Shown: piece by piece, positions 10,351 through 19,899 of the stretch
Layout: each line of letters starts with the position of its first letter
Position numbering within the stretch: the stretch's first letter is position 1
DNA from: Balamuthia mandrillaris
Taxonomy: Eukaryota
Direction of reading: 5' to 3'
Assembly: GCA_031835245.2 (NCBI GenBank)
Contig: JAVKOQ020000031.1
Coordinates: 248,001 to 305,360 of the forward strand
DNA length: 57,360 nucleotides
Notes under the pieces: model-generated
What the model saw: only the letters and a program-made list of their open reading frames with translations
What the model was told of the DNA's origin: nothing
The model's database searches: none
Program-made: the position numbers and the translations under genes

Positions 10351-13300
10351 ATGATGCGTATCCGAATGCTGCCCATGAGGGCAATGGAGCAGAATCCCTG
10401 CCTTCCGCGGATCTTTTCAAGATTAACCCGCCGGCACCTCCCCGCAGCCACCCCTGCTACTGCTACCACCATGTCCACGGCCTTCTCCCTCCCTCCTCAT
10501 CGACGCAACTACTACTTGGCGACTCCGTTTCGCAGGCAGCAAAGGGCTGCCACAGGGAGCGGAGGAAGCGCACAGGCGGCGGAGGGGTTGCAAACGGACA
10601 ACAACAAGAAGAGGAGGAGAGAGTATTCACAGCAGCTGCAGGCGCTGGCGCAAGAAGGGGGCCGCCTTCAAGGAAGAGCGCTCCTTACCACGTTGCAGGA
10701 GATGGAAAGGTTGGAGGTGATGGCGGAGGAGAAGGCCTACATGGAGCTGCTGAAGCGCTGCGGGAAGGAGAGGGCGCTGGAGGCGAGCCAACGCGTGCAC
10801 GCGCACCTCCTCTCCTTCCTCTCTGCCTCTCGCCCGGTGCTTTGCTCTCGCCTCTCTACCTGCCTGATCAGCGCCTATGGCAACTGCGGCAGGGTGGACT
10901 ACGCCCGTGAGGTGTTTGAGCAAATGGGGGAGCACGACGCGGTGGCATGGAACGCGATGATACAAGCCTTCACGCAGTGCGGACATGGGAAGGAGGCGGT
11001 GGAAGTTTTCCAGCGGATGCAGCGGGCAGGCGTGACGCCAAACCTCTTTACCTACACCAATGTCCTCAAGGCGTGCGCAAGTGCGAAGGATTTGGAGACG
11101 GGGAAGCAGGTGCATGCTAAGCTTATTCGTGGTGGGTTCCCACAGGACGCCGTCCTGTCAACTACTCTCATCCGCATGTACAGCCAGTGCGGAAGGATGG
11201 ATGAGGCTCGCGCCATCTTCCAGGGAATGAAGAACCGTGACGCATATACGTGGAACTCCATGATCGCGGAGGAAGCGCAGTCTGGGCGCGGAAAGAAAGC
11301 CCTTGAGGTCTTTCAACAAATGCAGCAGGCAGGCGTGCCGCCTGACTCGTTTACCTACACTAGTGCACTCAAGGCATGCGCAGTAGCTGAGGATTTGGAG
11401 ATGGGGAAGCACGCGCATGCTCAGCTCCTTCAGCGTGGCCCCTTAAGCATCCCTAATTCGAACGCCCTGATCAGCATGTATGGCAAGTGTGGACGGATGG
11501 AAGAAGCACGTGCCGTATTCTCGGGAATGAAGCAGCGAGACACGGTGACCTGGAGTTCTATTATCACGGAGGAGACGCGTCATGGGCACGCGAAGGAGGC
11601 ACTGGAGCTGTTCGGCCAGATGGAACAGGCAGGAGTGTCACCGGACCCCTTTACTTTCACCAGTGTACTCAAGGCTTGTGGGAGCATTGCAGACTTGGAG
11701 ACGGGTAAACGTGTGCACGCACAGCTTCTCCGCCGTGGCTTACTTCCCAACGTCCGTCTGTCAACCGCCCTGATCAGCATGTATGGCAAGTGCGGAAGGA
11801 TGGACAAGGCACGCGCAGTGTTCCAGCGAATGAAGCGACGAGATGTGGTGGCGTGGAACTCGATGATTGCGGAGGAAATACAATGTGGTCATGCAAAGGA
11901 AGCCCTTCTGCTCTTTCAACAAATGCAACAGGCGCGTGTGCCACCCGACTCCTTGACCTACACAAGTGTCCTCCAGGCGTGCGCAACAACTAAGAACTTG
12001 GAGCTAGGCAAACGAGTGCACGCTCAGTTCCTCCGCCGTGGCTCCTTGTCCCTCTCCGAGTCAAATGCCCTAATTAACATGTACGGCAAGTGCGGGAGGA
12101 TTGATGAGGCAGGCGCTGTATTCAAGGCGATGAAGAAGCGCAACGTGGCATCGTGGACTGCCATGATCCAAGCCTGCACGCAGTGTGGTCATGAGAAAGA
12201 AGCCCTTGAGTTGCTCCAGCAAATGCAACAGGCAGGCATGCAACCAGACCCACCGATCTACGCCATTATATTAAAGGCATGTGGAAGCATGAAAGACTTA
12301 GAGACAGGCAAGCAAGTGCATGCTCAACTCCTTCACCAAGGCCTCCTACCGGATGTTATGTTATCTACCGCCTTGATCAGCATGTATGGCAAGTGTGGGA
12401 GGATTGATGAGGCACGTGCTGTATTCACCGCGATGAAGGAGCGCAACGTGGTGACGTGGACCTCGATGATTGTGGCAGAAATACAGTGCGGAAATGGAAA
12501 GGAGGCACTGGAGCTCTTCCAACAGATGCAACAGGCAGGAGTGTCTCCAAACTCCTTTACCTACACCAGTGTACTCAAGGCTTGTGGGAGCATTGCAGAC
12601 TTGGAGACGGGCAAACAGGTGCATGCACAGCTCCTCCATCATGGCTCCTTGAACCTTCCTGAGTCAAATGCCCTGATCAACATGTACGGCAAATGTGGAC
12701 AGGTTGGCGACGCACGCGCTGTGTTCCTGGGAATGAAGCAACGGAACGTGTTGACATGGACCTCTATGGTAGCGGTGCATGGTATGCATGGACAAGGCAG
12801 AGAAGCACTGGCTGCATTTGAAGAAATGCAACAGCAAGGTCTGCAGCCAAATGACATCACCTTTATCAACGTTCTCAATGCATGCAGCCACACTGGGCTA
12901 GTAGAGGAAGGCCTTGCCTGTTTTGCTGCCATGAAAGAGAAGCATGGTATACAGCCCACAGTGGACCATTACAATTGTGTGGTGGACATGTTGGGTCGAG
13001 CAGGAAGACTGGACGAGGCGGAGGCACTGATCGACACAATGGTGGAGGTGCCTCCCGATGCGGTGACGTGGATGGCCTTGCTGGGGGCATGCGGCAGGCT
13101 CAAAGATGTGGAGCGAGCACAACGAGCAGCAGAGCGGGCTGTAGAGTTGGGTGCACAGGATGCTTCTCCGTTTGTGATTCTGTCCAACATCTACGCAGCA
13201 GCGGGGCGAGAGGAGGATGCGAAGAGAGTTCAGAACAAGATGGCAGAATGTGGTGTGAAATCGGAGGCAGGCAGGAGCTGGATAACGGTGAACGGCCAGA

Positions 13301-13677
13301 TGCACAGCTTCCTGGCCAGGGACCGCAGTCATCCCCGTAGCAAGGAGATCTACAAGGAGTTGGCCAGGCTGAACCAACGGATAAAGGCAGCGGGTTACAA
13401 GCCAGACACAGACTGGACGCTGCCTGCCGCATCGAAGGAGCCAAAGGAAATGGGGTTGGCTCACCACAGCGACAACTTGGCTGTTGCTTTTGGGCTGCTC
13501 GCCACGCCACCCGGCGAGCCACTGCGCATCATCACGACCCTTTGGCTATCCGGAGACAGCCACACGGCCGCCAAGTATATCGCCAAGGTGACGCAGCGAG
13601 AGATCTTGGTAAGGGACGTCAATCGCTTTCACCACTTTAGCCCCAATCTCACCTGCTCCTGTGGCGATCGCTGGTGA
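10351..13677 (+). CDS. PLS-class pentatricopeptide repeat protein with E1-E2-DYW extension (ends DRW), degenerate deaminase site, probable mitochondrial presequence; intronless
   Basis: 1108-aa uninterrupted ORF with about 23 PPR motifs (L,S,[PLS]x6,P2L2S2), E1 (AVTWMALLGAC), E2 (FVILSNIYAAAG), PG-box-like GRSWI, SHPRSKEIY, AGYKPDT, REILVRDVNRFHHF and CSCGDRW. Arg/Ser/Thr-rich, acid-poor N-terminus. True start may be one of several Met codons at 10351-10471. Confidence 0.97.
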   Translation: MMRIRMLPMRAMEQNPCLPRIFSRLTRRHLPAATPATATTMSTAFSLPPHRRNYYLATPFRRQQRAATGSGGSAQAAEGLQTDNNKKRRREYSQQLQALAQEGGRLQGRALLTTLQEMERLEVMAEEKAYMELLKRCGKERALEASQRVHAHLLSFLSASRPVLCSRLSTCLISAYGNCGRVDYAREVFEQMGEHDAVAWNAMIQAFTQCGHGKEAVEVFQRMQRAGVTPNLFTYTNVLKACASAKDLETGKQVHAKLIRGGFPQDAVLSTTLIRMYSQCGRMDEARAIFQGMKNRDAYTWNSMIAEEAQSGRGKKALEVFQQMQQAGVPPDSFTYTSALKACAVAEDLEMGKHAHAQLLQRGPLSIPNSNALISMYGKCGRMEEARAVFSGMKQRDTVTWSSIITEETRHGHAKEALELFGQMEQAGVSPDPFTFTSVLKACGSIADLETGKRVHAQLLRRGLLPNVRLSTALISMYGKCGRMDKARAVFQRMKRRDVVAWNSMIAEEIQCGHAKEALLLFQQMQQARVPPDSLTYTSVLQACATTKNLELGKRVHAQFLRRGSLSLSESNALINMYGKCGRIDEAGAVFKAMKKRNVASWTAMIQACTQCGHEKEALELLQQMQQAGMQPDPPIYAIILKACGSMKDLETGKQVHAQLLHQGLLPDVMLSTALISMYGKCGRIDEARAVFTAMKERNVVTWTSMIVAEIQCGNGKEALELFQQMQQAGVSPNSFTYTSVLKACGSIADLETGKQVHAQLLHHGSLNLPESNALINMYGKCGQVGDARAVFLGMKQRNVLTWTSMVAVHGMHGQGREALAAFEEMQQQGLQPNDITFINVLNACSHTGLVEEGLACFAAMKEKHGIQPTVDHYNCVVDMLGRAGRLDEAEALIDTMVEVPPDAVTWMALLGACGRLKDVERAQRAAERAVELGAQDASPFVILSNIYAAAGREEDAKRVQNKMAECGVKSEAGRSWITVNGQMHSFLARDRSHPRSKEIYKELARLNQRIKAAGYKPDTDWTLPAASKEPKEMGLAHHSDNLAVAFGLLATPPGEPLRIITTLWLSGDSHTAAKYIAKVTQREILVRDVNRFHHFSPNLTCSCGDRW

Positions 13678-13878
13678 GAAGCATGTCATATAGAGTACGT
13701 GTAATATCCTCTTCCTTTATGCAAAAAAAAAAAAATAACGGTAAATAAAATAGGCGCCGCCGCCGTAGTAAATAAAAATAAAACCTATAGTAACATTGTT
13801 CGTCACAAAACACAAAAACAAAAACAAAAAGCAAAAGCAAAAAAACAAAATAAAAATATAAAACATAGAAAATGAAGG

Positions 13879-13905
13879 TTAGGGTTTTAGGTTAGGGTTA
13901 GGGTT
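13879..13905 (+). repeat. Short interstitial telomere-type (TTAGGG)n tract
   Basis: TTAGGG TTTTAGG TTAGGG TTAGGG TT read directly. Confidence 0.75.
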
Positions 13906-14087
13906 GAGATGCTGACGTGGCCCAAAGCCAGGAGAGTGGACGTGAGAGACGTGAGGGAAGGGAGAGAGAAGACAAACAAGAAGAGAAGATTTAAAAAAAG
14001 AGGTAGCGAGAGACAAGCAAGCAAAGGGGCCACGGCTAGCTTTCTTCGATTAAGCGTTGGTGGGTTTTTTTTTTTTTTTTTGAAAGG

Positions 14088-15672
14088 ATGGTGGTGAGTG
14101 GACGGGCTTTGTTGGGATGGCACGCGTTGGTTTTACTCGTGCTGGCGTTCTCTGTGGTGGCACATGCACACGCCGTGAACTTGCGTGGCGTCGATCCCAA
14201 GAGTAAGCGTTGCCCCTACTTTTTTTTTTAAGAATGTCTTGGTCTTTCTCTTTCGTCGTTTTTTCCTCACACCCATCTTTCATTCATTTTTAGATTTGAA
14301 AGACTATGAAGGAGAAACGTTTAGTTGCAAGAGCGACGGAAAAGTGTTGCCCATCTCGCGAGTGAACGATGACTTTTGTGACTGTGCGGATGGCAGCGAC
14401 GAGCCTGGCACCAGCGCGTGTCCCAATGGCCAATTTTACTGTCGCAACAAGCACCACCAGCCAAAGCTGCTCTTCTCCTCTCGTGTCAACGATGGCCTCT
14501 GTGGTGCGCTTTCTACCTCTTTCTTCTCTAAGGGCTCTTCTCTTGTCTGTTCTTCTTCGCTGCTTCTCTTCTTTTTCCTCCCTCCATCTCTCATCTCCAC
14601 TTTTTTTGTTCTCTTCTCTTTCGATATTCCTCGCTTCTCTGTTGCATCGTTTCCTTGTGGTGAGCAGACTGCTGTGATGGGAGCGACGAGTTCGACGGAC
14701 GAACTACTTGTCCTAATACGTGCAAAGAGGAGGGCGCTGGGGCTCGCCTGGAGAAGCAGCAAAGAGTGGAGCTCCTCACAAAGGTGAGTGCAAAGGCGTT
14801 ATACATTTCGTTCGGTTGTAACCGTTGCATTTATGCTTTCATTAAAATAGGGATTGGAGTTGAAGAGAGCCATGCTGCAAGAGGCAGAGGGAGTGTTGCA
14901 AGAGAAGCAAAGGAAGGCTGCTGCTCTGCAGCAAGAGCTGTATGATTTGGAGACTCAACAAAAAGAGCTACAGGGTTCTCTATTTTTCTGAAGCCATTTT
15001 GTTGCTCGTTCTTTTTGCGCTCATTTTATTCTTCTAACATGAACAACAGAGAAAATCGTTGAAGCAAAGACTAAAAAAGACGAGGCTAACGCTCTACTGA
15101 AAAAGTATCGTGAAGAAGGCTACGCCTTGGAGGGAGAAGACGAACAACCCTGGGAGGAGCTCAAAGCTCGGCGCTATCGCCATAACGAGGATGATGACGA
15201 CGACGATGAAAGCGAACACGCAGAAGAAAAGGAGAAAGAAACGGAGGGCGAGCAACCACTAGCGGAGAATGAAGGTGGGGAGCAACCACCAGAGGAACCG
15301 CCCAAGCCCCAACTTTCAGAAGAACAAAAGCAAGAAGTTGCTCAGGCCAAACAAAACATTGCAGATGCGGATAAACTCATCAATGAAGAAAGGGCCATGA
15401 AGCATAAGGTCAAAGAGAAGACAAAGGAAGTCGAGGAGAATGCCTTGAATGCTGACTTTGGTATGTTGCTTTGAGCGCCCATGGGCTCCTTCTTGTTGTT
15501 CTTCGTCTTTCTCTCCTCTCCTCCCTTCTCACTCACTCAATTTTTAGGACCTGGCAACGTCTTTTTGCCGCTGCACGGTAAGCCCTTGAGCATCACGACC
15601 GCTCAATACACCTACACCGTCACTCCCTTTGTGGATGCCAAACAAGGATCCACTTCTTTAGGGTTCGTTCTC

Positions 15673-15716
<44 letters not shown>

Positions 15717-16049
15717 ATGCGAAAACAAAGAAAATGGTCATCATGGGCAAACACGGAAGGAAGCAGCGACGATCAGAACAAATACAAGACAATGATCTTT
15801 GAGAACGGAGACAAGTGTTGGGGCGGTCCCAACCGAAGCCTCCACCTCTTTTTGGAGTGCGGGGCAGAGAACGCGGTGGAGGACGCGCAGGAACCGAACA
15901 AGTGCGAGTACACCATGAGGCTGAAGACCCCAGCGGCTTGCTCCGAGGCTGAGTTGGAAGCGTTGAAACAGGAGCTGGCTGATGAGGATGATGGAACGGA
16001 AGCTGAAGGAGAAGGAAGAGAGTTGAACATCAAAGATATCATCATGTGA
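14088..16049 (+). CDS. PRKCSH: Glucosidase II beta subunit (PRKCSH/GTB1), multi-exon
   Basis: Signal peptide [75 protein letters not shown], acidic coiled coil, and MRH domain ([11 protein letters not shown]...[20 protein letters not shown]). Confidence 0.95.
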
Positions 16050-16124
16050 TGAGGTGTGATTGGTTCTGTTTTAAAGTGTTTTTTTTGATACGTTTTAAAA
16101 ATCAAGCCACAAAAAAACAAAAAC

Positions 16125-16454
16125 TTAACAACGGCGTAAATTGACTTCTCGGCCTTCGCTCTTGCGTTTCTTCTTCTTTACTTTTCGTGTCGTTTTGTTC
16201 TTGAGGAGCATGCTTCGTTCCGAAAAGGGGGCCATCGTTGTCGTTGTGGTGACTGTTGTGTCCATCATCTTCCTCATCACGGCGGAGTGCGGGTGCATCA
16301 CGAGGGTTGGCACAGGGAGGGACAATTGAGTGCTGCTGCTTCGGAAGGCCGTGCTGGTGGTGGTCGTCAACAAAGGCCGTCGGAGCAAAGTGGAACACAT
16401 GCTTCCCGCAGAGCAAGAGGTAGAAGAAGAAGAACGGAGGAGTGCTTGTTGCAT
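16125..16454 (-). CDS. Small protein with presequence-like N-terminus and very basic C-terminus (candidate mitoribosomal small protein)
   Basis: 109-aa intronless ATG ORF: about 80 aa rich in S/T/R/L and almost free of acidic residues, then MLLKNKTTRKVKKKKRKSEGREVNLRRC. Occupies the slot between two other genes. Confidence 0.55.
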   Translation of the reverse strand: MQQALLRSSSSTSCSAGSMCSTLLRRPLLTTTTSTAFRSSSTQLSLPVPTLVMHPHSAVMRKMMDTTVTTTTTMAPFSERSMLLKNKTTRKVKKKKRKSEGREVNLRRC

Positions 16455-16650
16455 CTTTTCCTTCTTCTTTTCTGATCACTTAGTTTTTTTTTTTAGTTAC
16501 CATTGTACGTCGGTTCGAATCCTGGCAGTCACAAAGTTGAATTTGATACTAATATGCAGCAACTTTTTTTCGCAACATATTAGATGAGGAAACTAATACT
16601 GGAATTGACGTAAACATCACTTTGTAAGGAAAAAGATGACATCATTCCAG

Positions 16651-16659
16651 TTTCCCGCC
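16651..16659 (+). promoter_or_regulatory. E2F-consensus site TTTCCCGCC
   Basis: Exact match to TTTSSCGC consensus about 90 bp upstream of the ORF at 16747; function untested. Confidence 0.35.
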
Positions 16660-16746
16660 AAAACGTGTAACCGCCGGATAGCAAAAACAAAAAGTCCCGC
16701 ACAACAAGAATACTAAAAAAAAAACAACGCTATACACACAAGGAGA

Positions 16747-16950
16747 ATGGGACAAAGCTACAGCAGCCAGTGGGGGAAGGCACGAAGCACAGAGCCTGCC
16801 ACCGAGGAGGAGGAGGAGGTGGCTCAGTTCCAGTGTGGGGAGCGAGCTGGCGGTTCGCCACAATTCGATGACCCTCGTTCTCCTTCGCGAGCGCGCACCC
16901 CCGTCCCTCTTCGCACACGAAGCAGGATAGCCGCACACAGTCAAGCATAA
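16747..16950 (+). CDS. 67-aa microprotein with N-myristoylation-type start and CDCA3/TOME-1-like DPRSP..RTP motif
   Basis: MGQSYSS (MGxxxS) and DDPRSPSRARTPV. GC-rich coding-like island preceded by an A-rich leader and followed by an AT-rich trailer. Confidence 0.5.
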   Translation: MGQSYSSQWGKARSTEPATEEEEEVAQFQCGERAGGSPQFDDPRSPSRARTPVPLRTRSRIAAHSQA

Positions 16951-17182
16951 TACTAACAGCAGTGTCAACAAAAAACCACGAATTTTTTTGACGATGAACC
17001 AACAACGACCCTGGTGCCAACGCTTCTTCCTTCCTTTTAGAACAATGAAAGTACCGCTGCAAATAGATTGTTTATATGTAACATTCAAGAATCAACACCA
17101 AGCTTTTGAACACGGAAGATGTGTTTCAAAAGCAGGTGCAACAACTTAAACCTTATCTTTGTCTTTTTTTTTGTTTTCAACG

Positions 17183-18682
17183 TTAAATGCAACAACAGGA
17201 TGTGATACTATGATAGACTAACCGCCACAAAAGGATCTTGTTGACCAGCTCAATGGTGATGTCTTGGTTGTGGAGTACGCGCTCTAGGTCTTCAAAGGAA
17301 GTGGAGGAAGACGGAGAAGGTGAAGTGGTCGGAGGAGGTTGATGCAACTGCTGCAACAGTAGACAGTAGAGTTGCAACAATTCGTGATTGACCATCTGAA
17401 GAAACGCGAGGAAAGGCTTCGTAAAATGTTCCAAAAGTTTTCTGAGAACGGAGAGAGAAGTTTTGTTTTAAGCAGAGAACACTAGGGAAGGAAGCAGAGA
17501 GAGTCGGGACAATACCTTAATCGAGTATAGCGGCTGTGAAAAATGTTGTTGATGATGGGGTAGACATTCGCAGGCACCTCAGCACCACTCCGGTGCCATG
17601 GGTACAATGGAGAAGTTTTAGCATCTGCAGACTTCTCTTGCACCCGTCGACGTTTGCTTTGTCGTTGCTGTTGTTCTGTTTCATCTTCGTGCATTGTGGA
17701 AGCAGCTGCCAGCGCTGACTCTGCTCGTTTCCAGACTCGCCCATAACTGTTCACTTTCTTACGCAGAGTGATGATCCCATTCTGTTTAGAAGTAATGTTA
17801 TTTGACTTTCAATAGGAAAGCGGTAAGAGAGAGGACAGAAAAGGGACGAGAGGAGAGAAGGAGAAGAGAAGCAGAGCGAGAAAGACAGGGAGATACCCTT
17901 TGGTTCACAAAGGTTTCGACGGAGGAAAACATAGCCTAAAGCAAAAATGAAGAGAACAAAGAAAGTGAGAAATACTCGAACAAGCTTTAGAAGGACACAT
18001 TTACATACTTGGTAATGCGGGCTAATAGAGTTTACATAAAGGGATTTTAGTGTCTAAATTTTAAAGAAACACATTCAGCAACCAAACGAAAACGTAATAG
18101 CACGTTACGAAAGAAAGTTTACCTGTAAATGAACCCGGAAACAAAGCGGAGGTGAAGTGTTGTTGCTTGAAGAGACAGCGGAAGAGAGCAGCATGTGAAG
18201 ATCTTTATTTCGCTGTTGCGAATCGTGCAAAGCAAACAGCTCCATGTGGCAACGAGACAGAAGGCGAGTTAGTGTTGACAGCGGTAACGTCGTATAATGT
18301 TTCGCTTTTTCTTCCTCTTCTTCTGTATGCTTTTGCTTCTCGTGCTCTTCTTTTTCTTGTGCTTCTTCTCGCCACCGTTTTGAAGTTGATAGAGGTAGGT
18401 TGGATGTTGACGTTTTAGATGCGTTTTGTGGTTCAACTTTATCTTGTGCACAAGATGGAGAAGATGATGATGGTTGTTGAGCGTCATGACAGCATTTGTT
18501 GTAGAGATCGATGTAGAGTTGGTTCTTCTGCAGAACATATCCTTTCCAATCAATCTGCCCTTGAATGGCTCTCTATCAGTTGAAAACAACGGTTTAACAA
18601 ATAGACAAACGTTCAAGAAAAAGTGCGCAAAGAGAGAAGGGAGAAGGGGGAAAAAGAAAAAGGTGGAGGAGAGGCAGAGAAG

Positions 18683-18716
<34 letters not shown>

Positions 18717-19237
18717 CAGAGTTACAGCAATAGCAGAAGGAACGGGCCAGAACGAGGAGAGGCCGAGTCGTTGCCGAAGGTCCTGATTCACCACATTGGT
18801 AAAGCCACACTTGGAACATTCCACAAAGGCAAGCGAGCTCTCCTCAGAAGATGACGCTCCTGAAGGACCTGCACTACCATTTGTCGGCGACAAACGAACT
18901 GGTTTCTCTTTTGTTATCGGTTGAATGAGGCATTGGCAGTTCTCGCAGCATGCGGTATGCGTGTAACAAAAAGGACTATTTTTGTTTTGGGTGTCGTAAG
19001 AGGTGAGCACAAGCGAGGGGAGAGAAAAGTAGTGAGAGAAAAAACTTACCATGCCAGCAATACAGTATCTTGATTGTGGGGTTGTGGTCGTTCGATCAGG
19101 GTTTGACGAAAGGGAGATTGACTGGCTTCACATTCTACATTCGGACAGAAGAAATGCAGCTTGGCGTTGGCTACAACGGCGGTGCTGCTACCGCCGCTCG
19201 TTTCCATCGTTTGTTTCGTCGGCAATCCTTTCTTCAT
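17183..19237 (-). CDS. Hypothetical multi-exon protein with Cys-rich putative Zn-binding N-terminus
   Basis: Successive minus-strand exons with GT-AG borders: FCPNVEC, C/PFCYTHTACCENCQC, VECSKCGFTN, low-complexity linker, helical C-terminal exons ending TSCCCI*. No family recognised. Confidence 0.65.
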
Positions 19238-19500
19238 GAGAACCGTCTGGAATTTGAAGAATGCAAAGAATGATCTACAACAAAAATCGATCGCTGAACG
19301 GATCTTACCAGAATTAGCCGTAAATCACCTTTTTAAGAATCCTAATCGCCGCAATAAAATTGCGCTAATAAAGTTCCTTTAGGCGAACGATTTATCCGGC
19401 GGGGGATTCAAATAGCCCTCCTCAAACTGCTGCTTCCTAAACAACAATCAAGTTGAAACAATAAACAACAAACACTACAAAACTAAGCAACCACACCACC

Positions 19501-19899
19501 ATGGGCGACTCTGTTCAGATCGTGAAAGACTACCTGCAAGCCCGCATGGCCAACGACGTTCCGGCCCTGCTCAAATACATTGCTGATGATATCGTCTTCG
19601 TCAATGAAAAGTATGTCTTTTTCGCTTCTTTTTCGATCTGGTTGGGGAATGAGAGTCGGTCACGCTAACCTTGAACGAAAAATCAAAACAGGGAAGGCAA
19701 ACAGAGCGGCAAAGACAACTTTGAAAAGTTTGTGAAGGCCAACGGCCCCAAGGGCAAGTGGGATGAGCCTCAGGCAGAAGGCGACGCCATCATCGTCAAG
19801 GGCCACATCTCCATGGGTTTCATCAAAGTAAAGCTGCAAAGCACCTTCAAAGTCAACTCTGAAGGAAAGATTAACTACTCCGAGTTAAAGAGGCTGTAA
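19501..19899 (+). CDS. Small SnoaL/NTF2-like fold protein, 2 exons (19501-19610, 19692-19899)
   Basis: MGDSVQIVKDYLQARMANDVPALLKYIADDIVFVNEK/EGKQSGKDNFEKFV...FKVNSEGKI..., the typical V..Y..A....D...L....ADD+.F...G...G and terminal GKI pattern. Intron GTATGT..GCTAAC..CAG. Missed by the ORF track because it is split. Confidence 0.8.

Noticed and set aside
10900..12800. Regular ~300-bp periodic repeats that could suggest a CRISPR-like or satellite array
   Set aside because: They are coding P-L-S PPR triplets; there is no repeat-spacer structure and no cas genes in this eukaryotic context.
13465..13677. Possibility that the DRW-ending domain is a U-to-C (DYW:KP-type) editing factor
   Set aside because: Those variants keep the HxE and CxxC zinc ligands, which are lost here; a terminal tripeptide alone is not sufficient evidence.
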